The position numbers were made by a program, and so were the translations under genes. 64,000 nucleotides of DNA from an uncultured Bacilli bacterium (GTDB lineage: Bacteria; Bacillota_I; Bacilli_A; RF39; UBA660): the NCBI GenBank assembly GCA_934153945.1, contig CAKPFM010000006.1:27318-91317 (forward strand), written 5' to 3'. The notes under the pieces are model-generated. The model worked only from the letters and a program-made list of their open reading frames with translations. It was not told where the DNA came from and ran no database searches. Below are positions 17,874 to 27,180 of this stretch, piece by piece (position 1 is the first letter of the stretch; every line of letters starts with the position of its first letter).

Positions 17874-19052
17874 TTAAAAACTCATTTTACCACTTATTAT
17901 GTCATTTAAATATCTAAAGTATAATTCAAATAAATTAGCTTTTTTAACATCATCATTAACTGTTAATTCAACTTCACCTATTTTACTATTATCACTCTTA
18001 ATTATTAATTTACCTACTACTTCACCTTTATTTATAGGAGCACTTATTTCATTTAACTCAACATCATAAGTTATTTCTCCTAATTTATTATTCTTTTCTG
18101 TTACTATACTATAACTATCACGAGTTACTATATCTACATATTTTTTGTTTCCTTTTTCTATTTCTTTATCAGTAATTATTTTATTTTTTTCAACTACTTC
18201 ATACATTTTATATTTAGCATATCCATAATCAAGTAAGGAAGATATTTCAGCATTTCTTACAGTACTTGTTTCTTCACCCATTACAGTGGAAACAAGTCTC
18301 ATGTTATCTTTTTTCATAGTAGCTGTTAAACAATATCCTGCTTCTTTAGTATAACCAGTTTTTAACCCATCTACTCCTGCTTTAAATCTAGTTAATTTAT
18401 TTGTATTAGTTAACCAAAATTCCCTAGAAGTACCCTTTCTTAAATAATCTTCATATATACTAGTAAATTCTAAAACTTTTTCATGTTTAACAAGTTCCCT
18501 AGCTATAAAAACCATATCATATGCACTAGAATAATGATTAGCGTCATCTAGTCCATGAGGATTTTTAAAATTAGTATCATTTAGACCCAATTCTTTTACT
18601 TTATCATTCATAAGAACAACAAATTCTTCAACAGTACCAGCTACTGCTTCAGCAAGAGCCACTACAGCATCATTACCACTTGCTACAGCAACCCCTTTAA
18701 ATAAATCAGATACTGTCATTTGTTCTCCTGTTTCAAGTAATATTTGACTTCCACCCATCGAAGAAGCTCTCTCTGATACTGTAATCATCTCATCCCAACT
18801 AATTGTTCCCTTTTCTATTGCTTCTATAATTATTAACATACTCATTATCTTAGTCATAGAAGCAGGCGCTAATTTTTCATGAGCATTTTTTTCATATAAT
18901 ATTTTACCAGTTTCTTCTTCAATTAATATCGCACTTTTAGCATTAGTAGCTAAAGAATCAGTAACTAAATTATCTACCGCTATTGTACTTGCTTTAATAC
19001 TACCTGGTAATAACATTAATATGCTTAAAAATAAAATACCTATTTTTTTCAT
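17874..19052 (-). CDS. D-alanyl-D-alanine carboxypeptidase (S11, low-MW PBP)
   Basis: Signal peptide. SxxK (ASMTK), SGN (VASGNDA), KTG (LKTGYT). Confidence 0.9.
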   Translation of the reverse strand: MKKIGILFLSILMLLPGSIKASTIAVDNLVTDSLATNAKSAILIEEETGKILYEKNAHEKLAPASMTKIMSMLIIIEAIEKGTISWDEMITVSERASSMGGSQILLETGEQMTVSDLFKGVAVASGNDAVVALAEAVAGTVEEFVVLMNDKVKELGLNDTNFKNPHGLDDANHYSSAYDMVFIARELVKHEKVLEFTSIYEDYLRKGTSREFWLTNTNKLTRFKAGVDGLKTGYTKEAGYCLTATMKKDNMRLVSTVMGEETSTVRNAEISSLLDYGYAKYKMYEVVEKNKIITDKEIEKGNKKYVDIVTRDSYSIVTEKNNKLGEITYDVELNEISAPINKGEVVGKLIIKSDNSKIGEVELTVNDDVKKANLFELYFRYLNDIISGKMSF

Positions 19053-19143
19053 AATTCACCTCTAGTAACAAAATATGAAAAAAAACTACAATTATTCACG
19101 TTCTAATTAAATTTAATTTTTCATATATTTAAATGGTGATAAT

Positions 19144-19920
19144 ATGTTTCAAATTGGTGATTTAGTAACTAGAAATTCATATAAAAATGACATTGTTTTT
19201 AGGATTATGAAAATTGAAGATGGCATATATTATTTAAACGGTAAAAGTGAAAGATTGTTTGCTGATGCTTTAGAAAATGATTTAAAAAAATATGATGGAG
19301 ATATTGATCATGATGAACAAGAATTTTTAGATAGAATTAAACTAGATAATTTAGAAAGAAATGACTATTTTTATTTACCAGGAAAAATATTACATATAGA
19401 TAGTGATCAAGAATATTTAAATCGTTGTTTAAAATATTATGAAAATATTAATATATGGGCAGTTGGAATATTAGAACGTGAAGAAAATATTCCTTCTAGA
19501 ATATATGATTTACTAAAAGAATATAATCCAAATATTGTTGTTATAACAGGCCATGATGCTTACTATAGAAAAAAAGGAGACATTAACAATTTAGACAACT
19601 ATAAAAATAGCAAATACTATGTAAACGCTATAAAGGAAGCAAGAAGATTTGAAAATTCTCATCAAAAATTAATTATTATAGCTGGTGGATGTCAATCAAA
19701 TTATGAGGAATTAATAAAAGCTGGCGCTAATTTTGCTTCTAGTCCTAAAAGAGTAAATATTCATGCTTTAGACCCTGCTATTATAGCAACTAAAATGAGT
19801 TTATCAGATATTACGGAAGATATTAATTTAAAAGAAATATTAGAAAATACCAAATATGGATGTAATGGAATTGGAGGAATAAAAACAAAAGGAACTATGT
19901 ATGTTGGATATCCTAGATAG
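19144..19920 (+). CDS. yabG: Sporulation-specific protease YabG (peptidase U57)
   Basis: GDLVTR...ILHIDSD..YL..C...Y...NI.A.G, VVITGHDAY, IIAGGCQS, NIHALDPA. Followed by veg, as in Bacillus. Confidence 0.8.
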   Translation: MFQIGDLVTRNSYKNDIVFRIMKIEDGIYYLNGKSERLFADALENDLKKYDGDIDHDEQEFLDRIKLDNLERNDYFYLPGKILHIDSDQEYLNRCLKYYENINIWAVGILEREENIPSRIYDLLKEYNPNIVVITGHDAYYRKKGDINNLDNYKNSKYYVNAIKEARRFENSHQKLIIIAGGCQSNYEELIKAGANFASSPKRVNIHALDPAIIATKMSLSDITEDINLKEILENTKYGCNGIGGIKTKGTMYVGYPR

Positions 19921-19928
19921 GAGGATTA

Positions 19929-20159
19929 ATGAATACTGAAACTATTAAAAAGAAATTAAATGACTATATTGGTAAAGAAGCAACTATCAAATATAGTTTA
20001 GGAAGAAATAAATATGAAACTTATAATGTAATCATAAAAGAATTATATAATAAAGTATTTGTAGTAGAAGAAAATAAAAATAGATTATCATTTTCATACA
20101 GTGATGTTATAACTAAAACAATAAAAATTAATTTTAAAGAAAAAGATTCTAGTAATTAA
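19929..20159 (+). CDS. veg: Veg protein (DUF1021)
   Basis: 76 aa. IKKKLNDYIGKEATIKYSLGRNKYETYNVIIKELYNKVFVV...SFSYSDVIT. Confidence 0.8.
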   Translation: MNTETIKKKLNDYIGKEATIKYSLGRNKYETYNVIIKELYNKVFVVEENKNRLSFSYSDVITKTIKINFKEKDSSN

Positions 20160-20176
20160 CTAGAATTTTTATTTTA
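20146..20176 (+). terminator. Rho-independent terminator after veg
   Basis: ATTCTAGT-aatta-ACTAGAAT hairpin followed by TTTTTATTTT. Confidence 0.75.
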
Positions 20177-20235
20177 CATTTTAGGAAAAAATCATTTTAC
20201 AAAAAAAGACAAAATAATTTTAAATATTAATAACC

Positions 20236-20264
20236 TTTACTTAAAATTTTTACTATGCTATAAT
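20236..20264 (+). promoter_or_regulatory. SigA-type promoter of the DUF4358/MBOAT/DHHW operon
   Basis: TTTACT-N17-TGcTATAAT (extended -10), about 25 nt upstream of the GGAGG SD of the 20288 gene. Confidence 0.5.
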
Positions 20265-20287
20265 CTTGATAAAGATAGGAGGATTTT

Positions 20288-20878
20288 ATGAAAAAAGAAA
20301 ACATTATAATTGGTATTATAGTTCTAACTGTTATTGTTATTTTAGGAGTTTTATTTATAAATTTTAATAAAAACGAAACTACTGAAAATACTATAAAAAA
20401 TAGTAAAGATATGATAAAGATGGTTAATTCAATATATCAAAATATTAATAATGAATTACCAAGTCTTGAAACAATGACTATTGATATTAATAATCTTGAT
20501 GATGTAACTAGTTATACAGGATTAAAATCAAATAAAGATATTGAAGAACTAGTAATATCTGTTCCAATGATGAATGCCCAAGCATATAGTCTTGCTGTTG
20601 TAAAAGTAAAAGATGGAGCTAATATAGAAAGTTTAAAGCAAGAAATGTTAGACAATATCGATATGCGTAGATGGATATGTGTAAGTGCTGAAAAATTATA
20701 TATTACAAATAATGGAAATATAATTTTCTTAGTGATGTCTGATAAAGATACAGCTAAAATTGTTTATGATGAATTTAAATCATATGTAAATAACAAAGTT
20801 GGTAAAGAGCTAGAAAAAACAAATGAGGAAGAAAATATAGAACTTCCACCAGAAATGCCAGCAACACCAGTAGAATAG
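20288..20878 (+). CDS. DUF4358-like membrane-anchored protein
   Basis: N-terminal TM segment. PMMNAQAYSLAVVKVKDGANIESLKQEM...LYITNNGNIIFLVMSD pattern. Sits upstream of MBOAT/DHHW, as in Clostridia. Confidence 0.55.
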   Translation: MKKENIIIGIIVLTVIVILGVLFINFNKNETTENTIKNSKDMIKMVNSIYQNINNELPSLETMTIDINNLDDVTSYTGLKSNKDIEELVISVPMMNAQAYSLAVVKVKDGANIESLKQEMLDNIDMRRWICVSAEKLYITNNGNIIFLVMSDKDTAKIVYDEFKSYVNNKVGKELEKTNEEENIELPPEMPATPVE

Positions 20879-20917
20879 AAGCACCTTAATTGGTGCCTTT
20901 TTAAAAGGAGGAATAAA

Positions 20918-22309
20918 ATGTTATTCACAAGTATAAGTTTTTTATATTATTTTTTACCAATAGTCTTAATAATATATTTTATAGCACCAAAAAAATATAA
21001 GAATTTAATTTTATTTATTTTTTCATTAATATTCTATTTTTATGGTGAACCTAAATATATATTTTTAATGATTTTAGAAATACTAATAGCTTATATTGGA
21101 GCTATACTAATAGATAAATATAAAAGTAAAAAAATATTAATTCTTACCCTATTCATTCATATAATCTTACTTATAATATTTAAATATACTAACTTTTTAA
21201 CAACAAATATTAATAATGTATTCAATACTAATTTCAAATTACTAAACATAGCATTACCTATTGGAATATCATTTTATACATTTCAAATTATCAGTTATAT
21301 AGTTGATGTGTATAAAGGTAAAGTAAAAGTTCAAAAAAGTTTCTTAAAACTAGCTACTTATGTATCTTTATTTCCACAATTAATAGCTGGTCCTATAGTT
21401 AGATATGAAGTAATAGAAAATGAATTAGATAATAGAAAACATAGTTTTGAAGATTTCTCTTTAGGTGTTAGAAGATTTACAATTGGTTTAGCTAAAAAAG
21501 TGTTGATTGCCAATATGTTAGGAGAACTATGTACTAAATTTAGTCTAGTAGATGAAAGAAGTATTGTTCTTTATTGGATATTTGCTATAAGCTATATGCT
21601 ACAAATTTATTTTGACTTTTCAGCATATTCAGATATGGCTATTGGATTAGGTAGAATGTTTGGATTTCATTTTCTAGAAAACTTCGATTATCCATATATT
21701 TCAAAAAGTATTACAGAGTTTTGGAGAAGATGGCATATATCACTAGGATCTTGGTTTAGAGATTATGTCTATATTCCATTAGGTGGTAATAGAGTTAGTA
21801 AAATAAAACATTTAAGAAATATTTTAATAGTATGGTTATTAACTGGTATATGGCATGGAGCAAGTTGGAATTTTGTTATTTGGGGATTAATGTTTGGAAT
21901 AATATTAATAATAGAAAAATTATTTTTAAATAAATATTTAGAAAAATTACCTAGTTTTATAAGAAGAATATATGTATTATTTATAGTAATGATTAGTTTC
22001 ATAATATTTAATGCTGATACAATAAGTAATGCAATATCAAATATTATTGGTTTATTTGGATTTAATAAGGAAACATTTATAAATAATTATACAATCTATT
22101 ATTTAAAAAGTTATTTTATAATACTAGTTATTGCTATAATAGCTTCTACCCCACTTATTAAAAAACAACTAGAAAATATGAAAAAAAATAAATTTATGAA
22201 TAAATTAATTAATATATTAGAACCTATTTATATTGTTACATTACTATTAATTGTAACATCATATTTAATTGATAACTCATATAATCCATTTTTATATTTT
22301 AGATTTTAG
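20918..22309 (+). CDS. MBOAT-family membrane O-acyltransferase (AlgI/DltB/PatA-like)
   Basis: Multi-TM. FWRRWHISLGSWFRDYVYIPLGGNR and TGIWHGASWNFVIWG (conserved His). Confidence 0.85.
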   Translation: MLFTSISFLYYFLPIVLIIYFIAPKKYKNLILFIFSLIFYFYGEPKYIFLMILEILIAYIGAILIDKYKSKKILILTLFIHIILLIIFKYTNFLTTNINNVFNTNFKLLNIALPIGISFYTFQIISYIVDVYKGKVKVQKSFLKLATYVSLFPQLIAGPIVRYEVIENELDNRKHSFEDFSLGVRRFTIGLAKKVLIANMLGELCTKFSLVDERSIVLYWIFAISYMLQIYFDFSAYSDMAIGLGRMFGFHFLENFDYPYISKSITEFWRRWHISLGSWFRDYVYIPLGGNRVSKIKHLRNILIVWLLTGIWHGASWNFVIWGLMFGIILIIEKLFLNKYLEKLPSFIRRIYVLFIVMISFIIFNADTISNAISNIIGLFGFNKETFINNYTIYYLKSYFIILVIAIIASTPLIKKQLENMKKNKFMNKLINILEPIYIVTLLLIVTSYLIDNSYNPFLYFRF

Positions 22310-22317
22310 GAGGAATT

Positions 22318-23394
22318 ATGAATAATAAAATAAAAGATAAAGTTGTAACTATATTATTTTCATCAATCTTAATTATTTTTTTCTTAATTAATGTGATTAA
22401 AAAAGATGATGATATATCTATTTCTGAACGAAGAAAATTAGAAAAGTTCCCTACTCTTACAATTAACAATCTAATGGATGGAATATTCTTTAAAAAGTTT
22501 GAAACTTATACTACTGATCAATTTATAAAAAGAGACTATTTTAGAAAATTAAAAGTCAATTTAGAATTAAATATTAAAAAAAACTATAATAATTTATATA
22601 ATTATAATGGATATATAGTTGAACAAACATTTCCATTAAATAAAAATTCTATTATAAATTTAGCTAATAAAATGAATTCTATTAAAGAAACATATTTAAC
22701 TAATAACAATATTTATTTTACTATTGTTCCAGATAAAAATTATTTTATTAATAATGGTAATTTAAAATTAGATTATAATGAACTTACTAATTTAATGAAA
22801 AATAATTTAAAAGATTTTAATTATATAGATATATTTAGTATATTAAATTTAGATGATTATTATAAAACTGATACTCATTGGAAACAAGAAAACATAAAAA
22901 AGGTAGCTCTTCTTTTATCAAAAAATATGAATTTTGATTTTTATGATAACTATAATGAATTAGAAATAACTTCATTTAAAGGAGTTTATTCCGGTCAACT
23001 TCCTATTAAAACCGAATTAGATAAAATAACTATTTTAACAAATGATATTATAAAAAACAGTACAGTTTATAATTATGAGACAAAAAAAGAAACAGAAGTT
23101 TATGATTTAACTAAAGTTAATTCATTAGATAAATATGATATATATTTATCAGGAGCTGTTTCAATTATTGATATTATAAATAATAATTCTAGTAATAAAG
23201 AATTAATCGTATTTAGAGATTCTTATGGTAGCAGTTTAGTACCCCTACTTATTCAAGGTTATAAAAAAATAACTGTCATTGATACTAGATATGTATCACC
23301 TAAGATATTAAATGAATATGTCAATTTTAATAATAAAGATGTATTATTTATATATGGAGTTATATCAGTAAATAATAGTTCTTCAATAAGATAA
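22318..23394 (+). CDS. DHHW-family / AlgJ-PatB-like extracytoplasmic O-acetyltransferase partner
   Basis: N-terminal TM anchor. YKTDTHW motif. FRDSYGSSL near the C-terminus. Confidence 0.65.
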   Translation: MNNKIKDKVVTILFSSILIIFFLINVIKKDDDISISERRKLEKFPTLTINNLMDGIFFKKFETYTTDQFIKRDYFRKLKVNLELNIKKNYNNLYNYNGYIVEQTFPLNKNSIINLANKMNSIKETYLTNNNIYFTIVPDKNYFINNGNLKLDYNELTNLMKNNLKDFNYIDIFSILNLDDYYKTDTHWKQENIKKVALLLSKNMNFDFYDNYNELEITSFKGVYSGQLPIKTELDKITILTNDIIKNSTVYNYETKKETEVYDLTKVNSLDKYDIYLSGAVSIIDIINNNSSNKELIVFRDSYGSSLVPLLIQGYKKITVIDTRYVSPKILNEYVNFNNKDVLFIYGVISVNNSSSIR

Positions 23395-23501
23395 AAAACA
23401 TCAATATTACTTGTACACAAAACATTTGTTTATTATAATATTTATAAGAACATTTGATGTGAGTGTCGTCCTTCAATCTTGAAAAAGAAAGGAGGGATAC
23501 A

Positions 23502-23594
23502 ATGAAGAAAAGAACTTTTACTATAAAAGTCCTTCGTCTTATTGCTATCATTTTATTACTCCTTACCTTATTGGTAATAGCAATAAAATTATGA
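23502..23594 (+). CDS. 30-aa hydrophobic peptide, type I toxin-like (copy B1)
   Basis: MKKRTFTIKVLRLIAIILLLLTLLVIAIKL. SD AAAGGAGGG. Promoter TTGTAC(23411-16)-N17-TATAAT(23434-39). 5' GAACATTTGAT..GTGAGTGTCGTCC pairs with 3' GGCGACATTCAC..ATCAAATGTTC, followed by CCCC plus a T6 run. Confidence 0.65.
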   Translation: MKKRTFTIKVLRLIAIILLLLTLLVIAIKL

Positions 23595-23698
23595 CACTCT
23601 TTCATCTCTGATTGAGTGTCAATACTAATTTTTTAGAGGCGACATTCACTTGCAGAATCAAATGTTCCCCTTTTTTATTTTATGCAAGAATACTTGCT
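23583..23698 (-). ncRNA. Predicted antisense RNA convergent with copy B1
   Basis: Minus-strand promoter TTGTAA(23733-28)-N17-TGcTATTAT(23710-05). Hairpin GACACTC...GAGTGTC (23593-23620), then ATAATTTTATT. Overlaps the toxin stop codon. Confidence 0.4.
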
Positions 23699-23908
23699 AA
23701 ATACATAATAGCATAAAAAAGAACTTTTTACAAGTTCTTCTTTATATCTATTAAACTATAAAACAATATATTAAATCTAATATGTTGATTCAAATAAAAA
23801 AATATCAATACTACTTGTATACAAAACATTTGTTTGCTATAATACTTACAGGAACATTTAGTTGTTGAGTGTCTACCAAATCTCTTATAGAGAGGAGGTT
23901 TGATAATA

Positions 23909-24001
23909 ATGAAAAAAAGAAACTTTATTATTAAAGTTCTTAGGTACATTACTATCATTTTATTTCTTCTTATCATTTTGATAGTAGTAATAAAAAAATG
24001 A
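23909..24001 (+). CDS. 30-aa hydrophobic peptide, type I toxin-like (copy B2)
   Basis: MKKRNFIIKVLRYITIILFLLIILIVVIKK. SD AGAGGAGG. Promoter TTGTAT(23815-20)-N17-TGcTATAAT(23838-43). 5' GGAACATT..GTTGAGTGTCTACC pairs with 3' GGTAGACATTCAAC..AATGTTCC plus a T6 run. Confidence 0.65.
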   Translation: MKKRNFIIKVLRYITIILFLLIILIVVIKK

Positions 24002-24108
24002 CACTTAATTCTTTTTTGAATTAAATGTCGATCCAAAATTTTTTTAGGTAGACATTCAACATAACAAAACTGAATGTTCCTTTTTTATTTTATGCAAGAA
24101 TACTTGCT
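23992..24108 (-). ncRNA. Predicted antisense RNA convergent with copy B2
   Basis: Minus-strand promoter TTGTAA(24143-38)-N17-TGtTATTAT(24120-15). 12-bp hairpin GACATTTAATTC-A6-GAATTAAGTGTC (24000-24029), followed by ATTTTTTTAT. Confidence 0.45.
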
Positions 24109-24120
24109 AAATACATAATA

Positions 24121-24150
24121 ACATAAAAAAGAACTTTTTACAAGTTCTTC
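24121..24150 (-). terminator. Terminator of the rnf operon (its stem also carries the -35 of the B2 antisense promoter)
   Basis: Minus strand: AAGAACTT-gtaaa-AAGTTCTT hairpin followed by TTTTATGT, 9 nt after the rnfB stop codon. Confidence 0.7.
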
Positions 24151-24158
24151 TATATCAA

Positions 24159-24416
24159 TCAATTTAATTCTTTTAAGAATTCTTCCATTTCCTTTAATTT
24201 TTCACCTCTTAAAGGCTTACACTTTTTATAATTTTCTATATTTTTACACATAGCTTCTGCCATACCTTCACAGCTTCCAAAACCACAACTACCACAATTA
24301 AATCCTGGTAGTCTTTTTAAATACTCATCTTTTTTAGAATTATCTTCATTATCAAGTAAATTTAAAACTATTCCAATTATTAAACCTGTAAAAGTTATGA
24401 TAACAATTCCTATCAT
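24159..24416 (-). CDS. rnfB: Minimal RnfB-like subunit (N-terminal TM plus a single Fe-S Cys cluster domain; no ferredoxin-type domains)
   Basis: Start refined to ATG 24414-24416 (GAGGAGG 5 nt upstream). MIGIVIITFTGLIIGIVLN then LPGFNCGSCGFGSCEGMAEAMC...CKP. 85 aa. No CxxCxxCxxxCP motifs. Confidence 0.7.
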   Translation of the reverse strand: MIGIVIITFTGLIIGIVLNLLDNEDNSKKDEYLKRLPGFNCGSCGFGSCEGMAEAMCKNIENYKKCKPLRGEKLKEMEEFLKELN

Positions 24417-24512
24417 TTTTTCCTCCTCATACAACTACTACAATCATGATTACAATTATTTTTTTTATATAACATAATTGTTAATATAATAAGTAAAATT
24501 AATAATATATAA

Positions 24513-25073
24513 CTAAACATATCTAGCAAATATAAGAGTCATAATAGCAGCTGTTATAAAAGCAATTGGAACCCCATTTAATCTTCCTAAATTAACTTTA
24601 GAAATTTTTTCCCTTATAGTAGAAAAAATATAAATAACAAGTGTAAAACCTAAACTACTACTTACACTATAAACTAACATTTCTAAAAAATTAAAATTAC
24701 TATTAATATTAATTAATGTTACACCTAATACAGCACAATTAGTAGTAATAAGAGGTAAATAAATACCAAAACTTTTATATAATTCTTTATTATATTTTTT
24801 TAATAATATAACTAACATTTGAACGAATGCAGCTATTACTAAAATAAAGAAAACTGTTTTTAAATAAACTGTATTTGTTGGTACTAATACATAATTATAA
24901 ATTAGAAAAGTAATAATAGATGAACAAGTTATTACAAAAGTAACACATAATCCCATAGATAAAGCACTTTTACTTTTAGAAGAAGTACCTATAAAAGGAC
25001 ATATTCCTAAAAACTTAGTCAAAACTATATTTTGAGTCAAAAGTGATGTTATAAATAAACTAAATAGATTCAT
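24513..25073 (-). CDS. rnfA: Rnf complex subunit A
   Basis: Polytopic. LTQNIVLTKFLGICPF, PLITTNCAVLG. Start refined to ATG 25071-25073 (AGGGGTGA upstream). Confidence 0.85.
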   Translation of the reverse strand: MNLFSLFITSLLTQNIVLTKFLGICPFIGTSSKSKSALSMGLCVTFVITCSSIITFLIYNYVLVPTNTVYLKTVFFILVIAAFVQMLVILLKKYNKELYKSFGIYLPLITTNCAVLGVTLININSNFNFLEMLVYSVSSSLGFTLVIYIFSTIREKISKVNLGRLNGVPIAFITAAIMTLIFARYV

Positions 25074-25677
25074 TTTTATCACCCCTTTTTAAACAAGCTA
25101 TTAATAAACCCATTACTAAGAATGCACCAGCAGGTTCTACCATTATTTTAATTGGTAAAACTTGTAAATTTTTATACAAAACTATAATTAATTTTTTATG
25201 TGTTAAAACACTACTAGCATCCATTAAAGTAATAGTTCCACTACCTAATACTTCTCTAATTAAAGCTATAACTACTAAAGCAAATAAATAGCCAAGTCCA
25301 GTTAAAATAGCTTCCTTTATACTTTCTTTAACACTAGTTTTACTTGCTACACTTACTCCCTTACCTAAAACTATACAATTAACTACAATTAAAGGTAAAT
25401 ATATACCTAATATATTATAAATAGATATTGCATACTTCTTTAATAATATTTCTAAAGTTGTTACTATAGTAGCTATTATTACAATATAAACAGGTATTTG
25501 AACATTATCTGGTATCAATTTTTTAAATATTGAAATAATTGTTAATGAAAGTAATATTACAATCATAAAACATATACCCATTATAATAGCATTTTCTACT
25601 TTAGTAGTTACAGCTAAAGCAGAACATAAACCAAGATTTAAAATAAATATAGGATTTTCACTAATTATTTTTTTCAT
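25060..25677 (-). CDS. rnfE: Rnf complex subunit E
   Basis: NPIFILNLGLCSALAVTT, PLIVVNCIVLG. Start refined to ATG 25675-25677 (GGAGGGG upstream). Confidence 0.85.
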   Translation of the reverse strand: MKKIISENPIFILNLGLCSALAVTTKVENAIIMGICFMIVILLSLTIISIFKKLIPDNVQIPVYIVIIATIVTTLEILLKKYAISIYNILGIYLPLIVVNCIVLGKGVSVASKTSVKESIKEAILTGLGYLFALVVIALIREVLGSGTITLMDASSVLTHKKLIIVLYKNLQVLPIKIMVEPAGAFLVMGLLIACLKRGDKNESI

Positions 25678-25764
25678 AACCCCTCCTATAAAACATTTGT
25701 TAATATATATAAAATTGTTGAACAAATTAATACAGTTATTGTAAGCGCTAAAATACTTTTTATT

Positions 25765-27180
25765 TTATTTTTCATATATACCCTCTAATTCTAAAACATT
25801 TTGTAATGCTTTCTTTAAAGCACTTGATGAAATTGTAGCTCCACTTACTGTATCAACACTATTTAATTTATTACTATTTTCTACTAATTTTTGTATATAA
25901 TTTGATTCTTCTATTTTACTATAATAAGCTTTAGTTTCATTATGAGATAATACTTTATATGAAATAACTTTATTATCATTTAAGACTATTTCAATATTAA
26001 TTTTACCACCATTACCTACTTCGTTTACCAAGTAAACTTTATTACCATTTTCTTCATTAACACTAACAAGTTCAAAATTATTATCTACATTTTTAGTATT
26101 TATAACATTTTTTAAACTCAATGAAACTATAAAAATAATACCTATTATAAGTAAATAAATTATCCACTTAATATCTTTTTCTTTTGCTTTAATTCCTATT
26201 TTATCAAATATAAATACTAACATGTTAACTGTTAAAATACTTGTCATTACTCCTTCTGGAGCAGATGTTAAATATCTAAATAATACTGTAAGTATTCCAA
26301 GTGTTACTCCATATAATACTTGACCTATTTTAGTAACTGGACTTGTTACTGGATCGGTTGCCATAAAAACAGCTCCAAATAATAATCCACCCGATAATAT
26401 TTGAAATAATGGATACCAAATTCCTAATCCATTCATTGTTCCTATAAAATAAGTTAATATAAATACTGTTCCAACATAAATTATAGGAATTCTTACCTTT
26501 ATTACTTTAGTAAAAGCTAAATAAAAAAATGAAATAATTATAAGTAAACTACAAGTTTCTCCTACACTTCCTGGTATCATACCTGTAAAGAAATTATATA
26601 AACTGCCATATGGTCCAATTAAATTTTCATAACTTACTTTATCAACTAATACTTGATTAGTTAAAGGTGTAGCACTCGATATAGTATCTATTTCATAATT
26701 ATTTAAATATGTTCCTATATTTGATGAATAAATAGACATAATAAATAAACAACCTATAAGAGCTGGATTAAATATATTATTACCAAATCCACCATACATT
26801 AATTTGCCAACTACTGTAGCTATAAAAGAACCTATTATTAAAATCGATATTGGGGTATTTAAAGGTACTACTAAACTTAAAAATAGTCCTGGAAATACAG
26901 CATATTTATTTTTAATAGAGTCTTTCCAACTATTATGTTTTATAAATTTATAATACAAAGTTTCAAATAAGAAAGATGATAATCCACCTATTATAATAAA
27001 TAGTAAAGGTTTAAACATCTCATATACATTTGCATAACCATTTATATATAAATAAATTCCATTTTTATAAAAAGAAAAAATAATTATTGGTAAAAGTGAA
27101 ATGAAAAGATGAATCATTATTTTATCAGTACTATTACTACTTCTTACATAAGGTCCATTTATATTATGAAACTTTTTCAT
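25765..27180 (-). CDS. rnfD: Fused Rnf subunits D and G (RnfD membrane domain, extra TM segment, FMN-binding RnfG-like domain)
   Basis: RnfD features: GPYVRS..STDKIM, DTISSATPLT, FMATDPVTSP. After residue ~330 come a TM segment and then ...HNETKAYYSKI...VDTVSGATISSSAL (FMN_bind flavinylation motif). No separate rnfG ORF lies between rnfD and rnfE. Confidence 0.8.
   Translation of the reverse strand: MKKFHNINGPYVRSSNSTDKIMIHLFISLLPIIIFSFYKNGIYLYINGYANVYEMFKPLLFIIIGGLSSFLFETLYYKFIKHNSWKDSIKNKYAVFPGLFLSLVVPLNTPISILIIGSFIATVVGKLMYGGFGNNIFNPALIGCLFIMSIYSSNIGTYLNNYEIDTISSATPLTNQVLVDKVSYENLIGPYGSLYNFFTGMIPGSVGETCSLLIIISFFYLAFTKVIKVRIPIIYVGTVFILTYFIGTMNGLGIWYPLFQILSGGLLFGAVFMATDPVTSPVTKIGQVLYGVTLGILTVLFRYLTSAPEGVMTSILTVNMLVFIFDKIGIKAKEKDIKWIIYLLIIGIIFIVSLSLKNVINTKNVDNNFELVSVNEENGNKVYLVNEVGNGGKINIEIVLNDNKVISYKVLSHNETKAYYSKIEESNYIQKLVENSNKLNSVDTVSGATISSSALKKALQNVLELEGIYEK

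Larger units (their letters stand above)
23395..24150 (+). repeat. Tandem diverged duplication (period 407 bp) of a second small-peptide/antisense-RNA module
   Basis: Units ~23395-23800 and ~23797-24150 share the promoter block, the peptide ORF, the 3' block TATGCAAGAATACTTGCTAAATACATAATA and the hairpin GAACTTTTTACAAGTTC. Confidence 0.85.

Noticed and set aside
19100-19143. A possible sigma-K-type -10 element (CATAnnnTA) upstream of yabG, which is sigma-K-dependent in Bacillus.
   Set aside because: The closest sequence, TTCATATATTTAAA, does not satisfy the CATA-N3-TA pattern. No call can be made from sequence alone.
23360-24036. Minus-strand ORFs 23360..23605 (81 aa) and 23728..24036 (102 aa), and plus-strand ORF 13425..13631 (68 aa), from the ORF track.
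   Set aside because: They run antisense or out of frame across the small-peptide modules and span promoters and terminators. They lack SD sequences and give low-complexity products. The short SD-preceded peptide ORFs and the RNA structure explain the conservation better.
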